Shown here piece by piece: positions 53,641 through 64,000 of a DNA stretch of 64,000 bases. This DNA comes from an uncultured Gammaproteobacteria bacterium. GTDB taxonomy: Bacteria > Pseudomonadota > Gammaproteobacteria > CAWCPV01. Location of the stretch: the NCBI GenBank assembly GCA_963797555.1, contig CAWCPV010000003.1:160001-224000 (forward strand). Reading direction: 5' to 3'. Made by a program: the position numbers and the translations under genes. The notes beneath the pieces were generated by a model. It was not told where the DNA came from. It worked only from the letters and a program-made list of their open reading frames with translations, and did not search any database. Numbering within the stretch: position 1 is the stretch's first letter; each line of letters opens with the position of its first letter.

Positions 53641-54400
53641 TCACCGAGACGCAACGGCGGCAGCCGCACATAGCTGCTGACCGAGGAACTCTGCACAAGC
53701 TCGTGCGCATCGTGCGACATCGTCGCCCGTTCGCGGGACGACGACCGGAGCCTTGCGGAGACTCAGCAGGATGGCCCCGTCGTCGGACCTGCGCGCGGCG
53801 AAGTACAAGACAGGTGTCCGCGTGAGTCTGGCCAGGTGAAACACCGCGTGGGACACATAACGCACGCACGGCCCGAAGCCGAAACGAGTTCCATCGGCCG
53901 TGGCTACAGGCGAATCGACATCGAGGACCAGGACCCGGCCGGACCGCATCTCGCCCCTCGCACGAAGGAGCACGCTGGCAGAGCTTGGCAGATGCCGGAC
54001 GGAGTGTCGGGTGCCCCAGGCCCAGCTCCCCGGGAAACGCGCGTCAATCGGCATGGGGCCGGTGATGATCGTCGAACCCAGCCCACGGTCCTCCAGCACC
54101 CGGAGCATGACGCGATTCAGGGGGTAGTGGGCACTGCAAAGGATAGCTCGCCCGTGTACGGCGTAGTATTCCGTCAGCAGCTCGATGCCGTCGAGGCGCA
54201 CCCTGGGAGTGAAACGAGCCCCGAAATAAGTGAGGGCAGTGAGCAAATTCCTCAGGGCCAACCCTTCGAGGTCATCGGGAGGCAGCCAAGTGGACGACAC
54301 GCCCAATCCGACTCTCTTCAAGCCGCGAGCCGCCAAGGCGAGCGCTCTGCTCAGCCGCACCGCGAGCGGGTACAGCGATCCGACGGTACTGTGGAAGCCA
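53641..54400 (-). CDS. putative lysophospholipid/lipid A acyltransferase-like protein
   Basis: VRLDGIELL..GRAILCSAHYPLN, VLVLDVD, FHLARLTRTPVL resemble LPLAT blocks; start uncertain. Confidence 0.45.
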
Positions 54401-54879
54401 GGGACCAGGCAAGTGCGGCCAGCGCTCCAGTCTGAAGCCGTCTTGGGAAGTCGGCCGCACGCATTCAGCGCTGGGCGCTCGGTAAACTCATCTTCCCCCA
54501 CGGGCCTGGCGGAATGCCCGCCAAGCCGCAGCCCCGGTGTTCCGCTCCACCGGCCGTCCACTGGGCGGATACGAGCAGCGTGCTAGCGAACACGTCCATC
54601 AGTACGCTTTCAGTGACTATCTTGTGTTCCTGCCACGGCGAAACAGTGGTTTCCGTTCGCGAACGACACTGCTCGCTCCAGCCATCTGACGGGGCTACGC
54701 AGAGCTTTGACGTGTCGCGTGCTGAGCCGCTTCAGCGGCAGCCGCGGCACCCGCCCGGTCCTCAATGCGCGGGGCGCAGACGCGCGTCGACCGCGCAGCA
54801 GATTTCCTGGGGCACGACCCCCTCCCGCCGCTCGTTCCAGGGGCGTGTGGCGTTCACCCCGGGCGCCGTGGCGAGCATG

Positions 54880-55098
54880 ACCGGGACCTTCGGTGAGGCG
54901 GCTCGAGTCCTGACCGGAAATGTCCGCGCCCGCTTCCTCCATGACGGCGATGGCTCGGGCGTTCTTGCCGTCGGCCTCGATGCCGGCCGAGTCCACCGCC
55001 AGCCAGTCGGGCGCGAGCCGCCTGGCCCACCCCTGGGCCATCTGGGAACGGCAGGAGTTGCCGGTGCAGAGGAACAGCAGCCGCGTCGTCGTGCTCCC
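54880..55098 (-). pseudogene. arsC: arsenate reductase ArsC (LMW-PTP type), truncated
   Basis: [45 protein letters not shown]; no start codon and C-terminal half absent. Confidence 0.8.
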
Positions 55099-55346
55099 TC
55101 AGCGGGCGCAGTGCGGCGGCATGTCGGCGCCGCAGCATGCGGCGCGTGCCGCATCCTGCGACGCATCGCCGTAACCCGGGGCGGGTGCCAGGGTATGAAA
55201 GGCTTCCCAAACGATGCCCTGGGGATCTATACGCATGAAAGCGAATATATGGAGATCCAGACGTGCGGTCAACGCGCGAGCGACCGCGGGAGGCTGCCGG
55301 AGCGCCTAAGCCCGGCCCTGCTGGGCACAGCACCTTGCGGGTCGAA

Positions 55347-55379
55347 GCGCACTGAGTTCGCGGTCAGAACCGCAGTGTC
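55347..55379 (+). repeat. imperfect direct repeat, copy 1 (copy 2 at 56934-56967)
   Basis: GCGCACT..GAGT..CGGTCAGAACCGCAGTGTC; 19-bp exact core at 55361-55379 and 56949-56967. Confidence 0.7.
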
Positions 55380-55436
55380 GCCTTCAGCCACTCGGGGTAT
55401 AGAGAACGCGCGGGGGCCGAGGCGAGCTGAAGGGTC

Positions 55437-56177
55437 TCACCGAGCCGCAAGGTAGCGCTTGAGGGCTGCGGCATTGCGCACCGCATGCCCGCCTAGGTCG
55501 TTGTTGAAGTGTGCAAATACGTCGAGGCCGCGCCGTAAGTAGTCCCGTATGCGTGCCGCCTGGGCGGTGAGGAACTGCGGCGAATAGCTGCCGCCGTACC
55601 GGTCCCCGTGGAACCGCAGGTAAGTCCAGTCCGCTGTAATGCGCCTGGGGTGTTCCGCAAGCATGTCGTGGATGCAGAGTGCCGCATTGTGCTCCTCCAG
55701 AATGGCGAATACCTCGTCGATCAGCCAACTCGGGTCGCGAAGCTCGATGCTCCATCGAAATTCTCTATGCGCCGAGTTCAGGAAGCCGGCTAGCCGCTCG
55801 GTGCTCACCTTCCAGCGCGGCGGCAACTGCACGAGGATCGGACCGAGGAAGTTCGCCAGTCCCCGCGCCCGATCGAGAAAGCTGTCGACGAGTCGCCCGG
55901 CGTCCTTCAGGCGTTTGATGTGCGTCCCGTAGCGGCTGAACTTGAGGGCGTAACAAAAGCCTGCCGGCGCCTGATTCCTCCACACCTCGAACGTGGAGGC
56001 CGCGGGCAGATGGTAGAAGGTGGTGTTGATCTCGACCGTGTCGAACTCCCTGGCATAGTGCTCGAACCAGCGCTGCCTTGGGAGATCCTCGGGATAGAAC
56101 AGGCCCTTCCAATGGTCGTACTGATAGCCGGACGTACCGATGCGCAGTCCGCCGAGGCTCGGTCCGCGGTCACTCAT
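55437..56177 (-). CDS. DUF72 (YecE-like) protein
   Basis: IGTSGYQYDHWKGLFYP, FDTVEINTTFY, LVQLPP, ELRDPSW, YLRFHG, FNND. Confidence 0.92.
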   Translation of the reverse strand: MSDRGPSLGGLRIGTSGYQYDHWKGLFYPEDLPRQRWFEHYAREFDTVEINTTFYHLPAASTFEVWRNQAPAGFCYALKFSRYGTHIKRLKDAGRLVDSFLDRARGLANFLGPILVQLPPRWKVSTERLAGFLNSAHREFRWSIELRDPSWLIDEVFAILEEHNAALCIHDMLAEHPRRITADWTYLRFHGDRYGGSYSPQFLTAQAARIRDYLRRGLDVFAHFNNDLGGHAVRNAAALKRYLAAR

Positions 56178-56549
56178 GGCGGTGGCCATGGGTCTCGCTC
56201 GGGGTCGCACGGCCCTGCACGCCGAGAGGGCGGGATGAGTGCTCTTCATTGCCATGCTCAAGACCACGGCATGCGCCTACGGGGCACGGCTGGGGCGTGG
56301 GTGTCCGACCCACAGGTTTGGCTCGCCCTCCTGTGGGAATTACGGTGGAGTCCTGGGCACCTCTGCGAGCCTGTCCTGACCCTCCAGTCCCTGCTTCACG
56401 CGGCCAGGCGGATTTGCGACATCCGGTGCCTTACAGCTCGAAGCACTGGCACCGGGCACCTCGGGCCAAACGGGCCAGCAGGCAAACCGCGGAGAGGTGG
56501 CTACAGGGTTGACATTCTAAGTCCGAGGCGAAGCCGGAGGGTGACAATT

Positions 56550-56906
56550 ATGCCAGTCGGTCTCAAGAGGGCCTACGACAAGCCGGCTCGGAATGACGGG
56601 TTCCGAGTGTTGGTGGACCGCGTCTGGCCCCGCGGAATACGCAAGGACCAGGCGCACGTGGATGCCTGGATGAAGGACGTTGCGCCCAGCAGCGACCTGC
56701 GCAAGTGGTTCGCCCACGATCCCGCGAAATGGCAGGAGTTCAAGAACAGGTATTTCGCGGAGCTCGACCGTCTGCCCGGGTCGTTGGCGGAGGTGGTCGA
56801 GAAGGCTCGTCAGGCTCGCGTGACCTTGATCTTCGGCGCCAAGGAGAAGCGCTACAACAATGCCGTGGCGCTGAAAGAGTACCTCGAACAGCGGTTCGGG
56901 CTCTGA
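56550..56906 (+). CDS. DUF488 (YeaO-like) protein
   Basis: KRAYD..DGFRVLVDRVWPRG, KDVAPSSDLRKWF, NNAVALKEYL; GGAGG RBS. Confidence 0.92.
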   Translation: MPVGLKRAYDKPARNDGFRVLVDRVWPRGIRKDQAHVDAWMKDVAPSSDLRKWFAHDPAKWQEFKNRYFAELDRLPGSLAEVVEKARQARVTLIFGAKEKRYNNAVALKEYLEQRFGL

Positions 56907-57065
56907 CTCCGCCGTGCAGCCCTTCGGGGGGAGGCGCACTCGAGTATTCGGTCAGAACCGCAGTGTCACACGGCGCTCCCGACAATCGAGGCGTGCAGCA
57001 TGCGCCGGTCGTTGTTGCCGTTGCCAAGCGCCACGACGGCTTCGGCTGCCCGCGCAGCGGAAATC

Positions 57066-57094
57066 GTAGGATGGGCTGAGGCACGAAGCCCATC
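57066..57094 (+). repeat. GTAG-type REP
   Basis: GTAGGATGGGCTGAGGCACGAAGCCCATC; same architecture as the REP at 25562. Confidence 0.7.
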
Positions 57095-57257
57095 GACAAT
57101 TGCGCGGAGGCTGATTAGCGGCTCACGTCGAACCCGGGCGAGCGGACTGCGGCTCACCCATCCGCCAGGCCCGTCCGATTCCGAGCCTGTTGTCCGATTC
57201 CGCAAGCGGACCCAGAATGGCCGGTATTCCAGTCAACCAATATTCGCTGGAGCACCT

Positions 57258-57515
57258 ATGAAGACGCTTTGTCTGTCCGAGGCCAAGATGAAACTGAGCG
57301 CGCTGGTCGATGAGGTCAGCAGCACGGATGAGGAGGTGGTCATCACCAAGAACGGAGTCCCTGCGGCCGTGCTGGTGAGTCCAGACGAATTCGACAGTCG
57401 GCGCGAGACCATAGCGATCCGTTTCGATACGGACAGCATGCAAGAGATCCGAGAGGAGCTTAGGGCTCTCAAGGAAGGCCGGGCGTCCATCTACACGCTG
57501 GAGGAGCTGTTCTGA
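57258..57515 (+). CDS. Phd/YefM-family antitoxin, no adjacent toxin
   Basis: LSEAKMKLSALVDEV..EEVVITKNGVPAAVLVS; GGAG RBS. Confidence 0.88.
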   Translation: MKTLCLSEAKMKLSALVDEVSSTDEEVVITKNGVPAAVLVSPDEFDSRRETIAIRFDTDSMQEIREELRALKEGRASIYTLEELF

Positions 57516-57642
57516 AGATTAGCCCGCTCAAGAGCAGTGAGCCACGGTCTCCGCATCCCGACTGAGTGGGTTATAGTGTAATGCCCTTGCGCGGGCACGG
57601 GCGCCCGCGACCAGGCCAGAACGATAACGGAGGGGTCCGGCG

Positions 57643-60096
57643 TTGCCGCTCACGCTGCAGCAGCTCGAACGCCATCTGTTCGCCGCGGCGGACATCCTGC
57701 GCGGCAAGATGGATGCCTCGGAGTTCAAGGAGTACATCTTCGGGATGCTGTTCCTGAAGCGGTGCTCGGATGTCTTCGAGGGACGCTACTGGCAGATCCT
57801 GGAGCGGGAGCTCAAGAGAGGCCGCGCCGGCGAGGAGGCCGAGAAGCGCGCCGACCACCCGAGCTTTTACGCCGATACCTTCTTCGTGCCGCCCGAGGCG
57901 CGCTGGGAGCATCTGCGCGACGAGCTGCACCATAACGTCGGTGACGGTCTGAACAAGGCCCTGGCGGCCCTCGAAGAGGCGAACACGAGCCTGGAGGGGG
58001 TGCTCACCCACATCGACTTCAACCGCCGCGTCGGCCAGAGCCGCATCCCGGACCAGCGGCTGCGGGACCTCATCCGCCATTTCTCGAAGTACCGGCTGCG
58101 CAATGAGGACTTCGAGTTCCCCGACCTGCTCGGCGCCGCCTACGAGTATCTGATCCGGGACTTCGCCGACTCGGCCGGCAAGAAGGGCGGCGAGTTCTAT
58201 ACCCCGCGCCCGGTGGTGCGCATGATGGTGCGCATCGCGAAGCCCGCCGAGGGCATGCGCATCTACGATCCCTGCTCGGGCTCCGGCGGCATGCTGGTGC
58301 TCTCCAAGGAGTACCTGGACGAGCACCGCCTGAACTCCCGCAACATCCGCCTTTTCGGACAGGAGTCGAACGGCGGCGTGTGGTCCATTTCCAAGATGAA
58401 CATGCTGCTCCACGGCATCCCCGATGCCGACATCCGCAACGAGGACACCCTGGCCCGCCCCGAGCACGTCGAGGGCGGGGAGCTGATGCGCTTCGACCGG
58501 GTGATCACCAATCCGCCCTTCAGCCAGAACTACGCCCGCGAGGGCATGCTGTTCCCCGAGCGCTTCCGCTACGGTTTCTGCCCCGAGAGCGGCAAGAAGG
58601 CGGACCTGATGTTCGTCCAGCACATGCTCGCGGTGCTGCGCCCCGGCGGCATGGTGGTCACGGTCATGCCCCACGGGGTGCTGTTCCGCGGCGGGGTGGA
58701 GAAGCAAATCCGCTCCGCCTTCCTCGACGACGACCTCCTCGATGCGGTCATCGGGCTCGGGCCGAACCTGTTCTACGGCACTGGCATTCCCGCCTGCATC
58801 CTGGTGCTTCGCGCCCCGGGGGCCAAGCCTCCCGAGCGCCGGGGCAAGGTGCTCTTCATCAATGCCGACCGCGAATACCACGAGGGCCGGGCGCAGAACT
58901 ACCTGTACCCCGAGCACATCCAGAAGATCGTGTCGAGCTACGAAGCCTTCGAAGACATCCCGACCTTCGCCCGCATCGTGACCCGCGAGGACCTGTCCGA
59001 GAACGACGACAACCTCAACATCCGCCGCCATGCCGACAACGCCCCGCCGCCCGAGCCCCACGACGTGCGGGCGCACCTGTTCGGAGGCATCCCGAGGGCG
59101 GAGGTGGAGGCCAAGGCCGAGCTGTACGCCGCCCACGGGCTGGACCCCGGAGCGCTGCTGCGCCCGCACGGCAATTCGGGCTCCGGAGTCGCGGAGGCGC
59201 CGGTCCGATACGCGGCGGCCATCGATGAGCGCTACGTCGAGTTCGCCGAGAACCTCGAGGAGAAAGGCGAGATCAAGCGCCGCATCGAGTCCGACCCGGG
59301 CGTGCTCGCCAAGGAGCGGGCGCTGGCCGAGGCAGTCGAACGCTGGTGGCGCGAGAGCCAATCCGGAATCGCCCGGCTCCCCGACACCCAGACGCTGATG
59401 ACGCTGCGGGCCGAGCTTCTCGACACCTTCGAGGCCGCCCTGCGCCCGGTGGGACTGCTCGACCGCTTCAAGGTCTCGGGTGTCATCGCGTCCTGGTGGG
59501 GCCAGGAGCAGAACGACCTGCGCACGCTCGCTGCGCGCGGCTTCGAGGGGCTCATCGACGCCTGGATGACCAGCATTCTCACAGCCCTCGAAGAGAACGG
59601 GTCCAAGGCCGATCCCCTCGACCACAAGCTGGTCAAGCGGCTGCTGCCGGAATACCTGGACGAGATTGCCGAGCTGGAAGCCAAGAAGGCCGAGCTGGAT
59701 GCGACCCTTAAAGGGGCTTCTGCGGCCGAAGACGAGGAGGAAGACGGCAGCGAGTCGGAGGACGAAATCTCCGAGGAGGAGCTGAAGGCTCTCAAGAACG
59801 AGCTGAGGGAGGTGAAGCAAAGCCTCAAGACCAAGCAACGGAACTTCGTCGGGCGAGTGAAGGAGGCCCGTGCCGAGATAGACGAAGCCGGCGCCAAAGA
59901 CCTCGTGCTCGGAATCCTGCGCAGCGACCTGGACGAGATCCTCGGACGCTACGTGGCCGAGCATCGGAACCAGGTGATCGCGGCATTCGAGACTTGGTGG
60001 GACAAGTACCGGGTGCCGCTTGCGAGTATCGAGGGGGAGCGGGATGCGGCGGCGGAGAGGTTACGGAGGTTTCTTGCGGGCCTGAGGTATGCGTGA
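57643..60096 (+). CDS. hsdM: type I restriction-modification methyltransferase subunit M, long form
   Basis: [57 protein letters not shown]; C-terminal coiled/acidic extension. Confidence 0.95.
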   Translation: MPLTLQQLERHLFAAADILRGKMDASEFKEYIFGMLFLKRCSDVFEGRYWQILERELKRGRAGEEAEKRADHPSFYADTFFVPPEARWEHLRDELHHNVGDGLNKALAALEEANTSLEGVLTHIDFNRRVGQSRIPDQRLRDLIRHFSKYRLRNEDFEFPDLLGAAYEYLIRDFADSAGKKGGEFYTPRPVVRMMVRIAKPAEGMRIYDPCSGSGGMLVLSKEYLDEHRLNSRNIRLFGQESNGGVWSISKMNMLLHGIPDADIRNEDTLARPEHVEGGELMRFDRVITNPPFSQNYAREGMLFPERFRYGFCPESGKKADLMFVQHMLAVLRPGGMVVTVMPHGVLFRGGVEKQIRSAFLDDDLLDAVIGLGPNLFYGTGIPACILVLRAPGAKPPERRGKVLFINADREYHEGRAQNYLYPEHIQKIVSSYEAFEDIPTFARIVTREDLSENDDNLNIRRHADNAPPPEPHDVRAHLFGGIPRAEVEAKAELYAAHGLDPGALLRPHGNSGSGVAEAPVRYAAAIDERYVEFAENLEEKGEIKRRIESDPGVLAKERALAEAVERWWRESQSGIARLPDTQTLMTLRAELLDTFEAALRPVGLLDRFKVSGVIASWWGQEQNDLRTLAARGFEGLIDAWMTSILTALEENGSKADPLDHKLVKRLLPEYLDEIAELEAKKAELDATLKGASAAEDEEEDGSESEDEISEEELKALKNELREVKQSLKTKQRNFVGRVKEARAEIDEAGAKDLVLGILRSDLDEILGRYVAEHRNQVIAAFETWWDKYRVPLASIEGERDAAAERLRRFLAGLRYA

Positions 60097-61411
60097 CGGT
60101 CATGATTCGGGGCTTTTGACGCTGAGGGACGTAGCCGGTCCCGACCCGAACTCGTTCGTGGATAGCCCCTTCGGCTCCAACTTGCGCTCGACCGAGTACA
60201 GTGAATTCGGCGTGCGGCTGGTGCAGCTCCAGAACATCGGTGATGGCTACTGGATTAACGACAATCAGAAATATATATCCGCCGCAAAGTTCCGGGCTCT
60301 TAGGCGCCATGGCGCTCTGCCTGGCGACATCGCCATCGCCAAGATGGCAGACCCCGTAGCGAGAGCATGCCTTCTGCCGAAAGTCGCTGAGCAATTCTTG
60401 GTTGTTGCTGACTGCATGAAGCTGACACCGGACAGTAAGCGCTTCGACCCGCGCTATCTGGTCCATGCTATCAATTCTCATCACACTCGACGGGAGGCCG
60501 AACGCAAGAGTACGGGGACGACGCGTCTTCGCATCAACCTGAGTGTCCTCAAAACTGTCCACATATGGGCACCTTCCTTAGGCGAACAACGCCTCATCGC
60601 CGAGATCCTTGACACCCTGGACGAGGCCATCCGTAAGACGGAGCAGATCATCGCCAAGCTCAAGCAGATCAAGGAGGGACTGCTCCACGACCTGCTCACC
60701 CGTGGGATCGACGAGAACGGCGAGCTGCGCGATCCCGAGCAGCACCCGGAGCAGTTCAAGGACTCGCCGCTGGGGCGGATTCCTGAGGCGTGGCAAGCTC
60801 TGAAGCTCGGCGAGATCACGACCTGGTTGTCTGGCGGCACGCCCTCCAAGGCCCTGCCCGCCTTTTGGGGCGGACGTATTCCGTGGGTGAGCCCCAAGGA
60901 CATAAAGGTGTTCCGTATCGGGAGCGCGCAGGACACGGTTACGGAAGCGGGTATAGCTGCGGGTTCGCGCATTGCCCCTGAAAAATCAGTTCTTTTAGTT
61001 GTGCGGGGCATGATTCTCGCGCACACCTTCCCAGTGTGCCTCACAACCAAGCCAGTTGCTTTCAATCAGGACGTGAAGGCCGTGATGCCCCGCCCTGATG
61101 TGGACAGCCGCTACCTAGGGCACTGGTTCGTCGGGAACTCCCAGCGGATGCTGGGTCTCGTAACCGACGCAACGCATGGCACGAAACGGATCGATCTCAA
61201 CGACCTTAAAGGCTTCAAGCTCGCACTTCCGCCCATCGCAGAGCAGCAATGCATTGCCAACATCCTTGACGCGCATGGCGAGTGTGTTTATCGAGAGAAG
61301 CAGAATGCGGAGAAACTGCACACGCTCAAACAGGGTCTCATGGACGACCTCCTCACCGGCCGCGTCCGCGTCACCCCACTCCTCGAAAAGACCTCGGAGG
61401 CCGTCGCATGA
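60089..61411 (+). CDS. hsdS: type I restriction-modification specificity subunit S
   Basis: Two TRDs separated by [26 protein letters not shown]; ends [28 protein letters not shown]; overlaps the hsdM stop. Confidence 0.95.
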   Translation: MRDGHDSGLLTLRDVAGPDPNSFVDSPFGSNLRSTEYSEFGVRLVQLQNIGDGYWINDNQKYISAAKFRALRRHGALPGDIAIAKMADPVARACLLPKVAEQFLVVADCMKLTPDSKRFDPRYLVHAINSHHTRREAERKSTGTTRLRINLSVLKTVHIWAPSLGEQRLIAEILDTLDEAIRKTEQIIAKLKQIKEGLLHDLLTRGIDENGELRDPEQHPEQFKDSPLGRIPEAWQALKLGEITTWLSGGTPSKALPAFWGGRIPWVSPKDIKVFRIGSAQDTVTEAGIAAGSRIAPEKSVLLVVRGMILAHTFPVCLTTKPVAFNQDVKAVMPRPDVDSRYLGHWFVGNSQRMLGLVTDATHGTKRIDLNDLKGFKLALPPIAEQQCIANILDAHGECVYREKQNAEKLHTLKQGLMDDLLTGRVRVTPLLEKTSEAVA

Positions 61412-63391
61412 AGATCTCGACCATCCTCGACAACATCGATATCGGCGCGATGGCGCTCCCCGAGTTCCAGCGAGGCTATGTCTGGAACCGGGATCAGGTG
61501 CGCAACCTGATGGACTCTCTCTACCGCCGGCACCCGGTGGGCAGCCTGCTCGTCTGGGTGACCGAGTCCAAGGGGGCCGAGACGCGTGGTGATGGCGCGC
61601 TTGCGCCTGGCGTGGTCAAGCTCCTCTTGGACGGCCAGCAGCGGATGACCTCTCTGTATGGGATTGTCAGGGGAAAGCCGCCGCAGTTCTTCGACGGCAA
61701 CGACCAAGCCTTCACCGGCCTGCGCTTTCACGTGGAGAACCAGGAATTCGCCTTCTACCAGCCCATCAAGATGAAGGACGACCGGCTCTGGATCGATGTC
61801 TCGGAGCTGATGCAGGCAGGCACCGACGGCCTCGGCGCCTACCTTGCGCAGTTCGCCGCGGCCCCCGCCCTGACGCCGAAGGTCGGCAGCTATGCGGGCC
61901 GGCTGAGCCAGCTCCTCGGCATCCGCGAGATCGATCTCCACGTCGAGGAGGTGACCGGCGCGGACAAGAGCGTCGATGTGGTGGTGGACATCTTCAACCG
62001 GGTCAACAGCGGGGGCACGAAGCTCTCGAAGGGCGATTTCGCGCTGGCCAAGATCTGCGCGGAGTGGGCGGCGGCCCGAGACACCATGAAGGCGGCGCTC
62101 GCCAGGTGGCGGGCGGTAGACTTCCACTTCAGCCTCGACTGGCTGCTCCGCAACGTCAACACGGTCACGACCGGCGAGGCCCTGTTCGGCGCGCTTCACG
62201 ACGTCCCGGCCGAAAGGTTCCAGGAAGGGCTGAAGCGCGGCGAGAAGGCCGTGGACTACCTTCTCAACGTGGTGTCCGGGCGGCTCGGCCTGGACCATGA
62301 CCGGGTACTGTTCGGGCGCTATGCCTTCCCGGTCATGGCCCGCTATGTGGACCGGCGGGGCGGCAGGCTCGGAGACGCCAGGGAACAGGACCGCCTGCTG
62401 TTCTGGTATCTGCACAGCGCCCTGTGGGGCCGGTTCTCGGGCTCCACCGAGACCGTCATCAACCAGGACCTGAAGGTGCTGGAGGACTTGGAGGGCGGCA
62501 TCGACCGGCTGATCCAGGAACTGCGGCTGTGGTGCGGCGATCTCACCATCCGGCCGGCCCATTTCGGCGGCTGGAGCCTGGGGGCTCGGTTCTACCCCAT
62601 GCTGTATCTGCTGACGCGCGTCGGCGAGGCGCGGGACTGGGGGACGGGGTTGCCGCTGAAGAGCGGGCTGCTCGGCAAGCTCAACCGGCTCGAGGTCCAC
62701 CACATCTTCCCCCGCGCCCTCCTCTACAAGCGCGGCTACGCTCGGCCCCAGGTCAACGCCGTGGCCAATTTCTGCTTCCTCACGCAAGGGACCAACCTCT
62801 CCATCCGCGACACGGCCCCCGAGGTGTACTTCGAGAAGCGAGACCGACCATCCGGGGGCGCTCGCCAGCCAGTGGATTCCCTTGGACCGGAACCTGTGGC
62901 GCGTGGAGCACTATCCCGACTTCCTGGAGGCCCGCAGGGTCCTTCTGGCGGAGGCCGCGAATGCCCTCTTGGAGGAGCTGTACCACGCGCCCGTCGAGAT
63001 GCCGGCCGCCGAGGTGCCGGAGTTCGTCGCGCCAGCCCCTGGGGCGCCTGCCGCCGTCGAGCAGGTGCCGGGGGCCGTTGCCGGCGGGGTGGAAAGCGAG
63101 GAGGAAGAACGGCTGCTCTTGGACCTGCGGGACTGGGTCGTGGAGCAGGGCCTTCCCGAAGGCGAGTACGAGTACGAATTGGCCGACCCCGAGACCGGGG
63201 AGGCGATGGCGATCCTCGACCTCGCCTGGCCGAACGGCCTGCAGGAGGGTCTCAGCGAGCCCGTCGCGCTGCTGTTGGGCGAGGCGCCGGAGACCCTCGC
63301 CACCGCCAATCAGGCGGGATACCGGTACTTCACCGACATCGGCTCGTTCAAGCGCTACGTGCAGCGGGAATTGCTGACTTTGGAGAGCTGA
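61408..63391 (+). CDS. DUF262 (ParB-like) plus HNH-type GmrSD-like protein, frameshift near 62840
   Basis: LPEFQRGYVW, LLDGQQRMTSL, IFNRVNSGGTKLS, LEVHHIFPR..ANFCFL; C-terminus in ORF 62882..63391; ATGA overlap with hsdS. Confidence 0.88.
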
Positions 63392-63511
63392 GGAGTCGTG
63401 AACAAATCGCTCCCTCGCCCCCCGTGGGGAGCGGGCGCGAGGTGAGGCGAATGACTCTGGGCAGCACTCGTCACGTAGGGTGGGTCAACGGCTCATCGTT
63501 ATACGCAAGTG

Positions 63512-63997
63512 ACTCCATTCTCGAGGGTGTGGAAATTCGTTTCCCCTCCCTGCGGGAGGGGGACAGGGGAGGGCGATCAAGACAATGGCGCGCAGCACGG
63601 TTGCCGAGTATCTGCGAAAGAACATGACCGACGCCGAGCGTTTGCTCTGGTAACGGCTGAGGCGCAAGCAGATGAAAGGCTACAAGTTCCGACGTCAGTG
63701 CGCCATCGGCCGTTACGTCGTTGACTTTGTCTGCCTGGAAAAAGGCTTGGTGATCGAGGTCGATGGTGGCCAACACGCCGTGCAGCGCGAGGCGGATGCG
63801 GCACGCAGCGCGTGGCTGGCCACGCATGGGTACCAGGTTCTTCGCTTTTGGAATCACGAAGTGCTGCGTGAGACTGAAGCGGTGTTGGAAACCATACGGG
63901 GTCACCTTCTGTAGCCCTTTAGATCGCCCTCCCCCCACCCCCTCCCGTCGGGAGGGGCAGCGGTTCCAGTGCCACGCTCCGAATGGCGGGACGAAGT
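63512..63997 (+). repeat. DUF559 cassette copy 2
   Basis: Near-identical to 19915-20397, including both inverted-repeat arms. Confidence 0.9.
63585..63914 (+). pseudogene. DUF559 / Vsr-like endonuclease with premature stop
   Basis: In-frame TAA at 63651-63653 where copy 1 has GAA; the rest is open to GYQVLRFWNHEV..GHLL. Confidence 0.85.
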
Positions 63998-64000
63998 GCG

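Noticed and set aside
57571-59964. 797-aa minus-strand ORF
   Set aside because: Antisense to the clearly identified hsdM.

Overview
GC-rich bacterial accessory region, probably from a sulfur-oxidising proteobacterium (inferred from aprM-aprB-aprA). Left part: truncated mazF with an attC-like hairpin, SWIM zinc-finger gene, internally deleted IS1182, cmoA relic, K+ channel, heavily frameshifted pqiA-pqiA-pqiB-pqiC operon, type IIG restriction-modification enzyme and a large MscS channel. Centre (about 21-42 kb): a co-oriented cluster of exported proteins: a DUF1254/DUF1214 fusion, three tandem paralogues of an unrecognised membrane-anchored ~540-aa protein plus two relics, two Cys-type arylsulfatases plus a relic, and two outer-membrane channels. 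Right part: an ORF-deleted group IIC intron sitting inside a GTAG-type REP, a DUF2092/Gly-rich operon, a 141-bp MITE, aprMBA without sat beside an IS1202-like element, and hsdM-hsdS-DUF262. Two diverged copies of a DUF559 cassette bounded by hairpin-containing inverted repeats lie about 43.6 kb apart. Many frameshifts look like sequencing indels. No rRNA, tRNA or CRISPR array was seen. All family assignments come from motif recognition by eye, not database searches.
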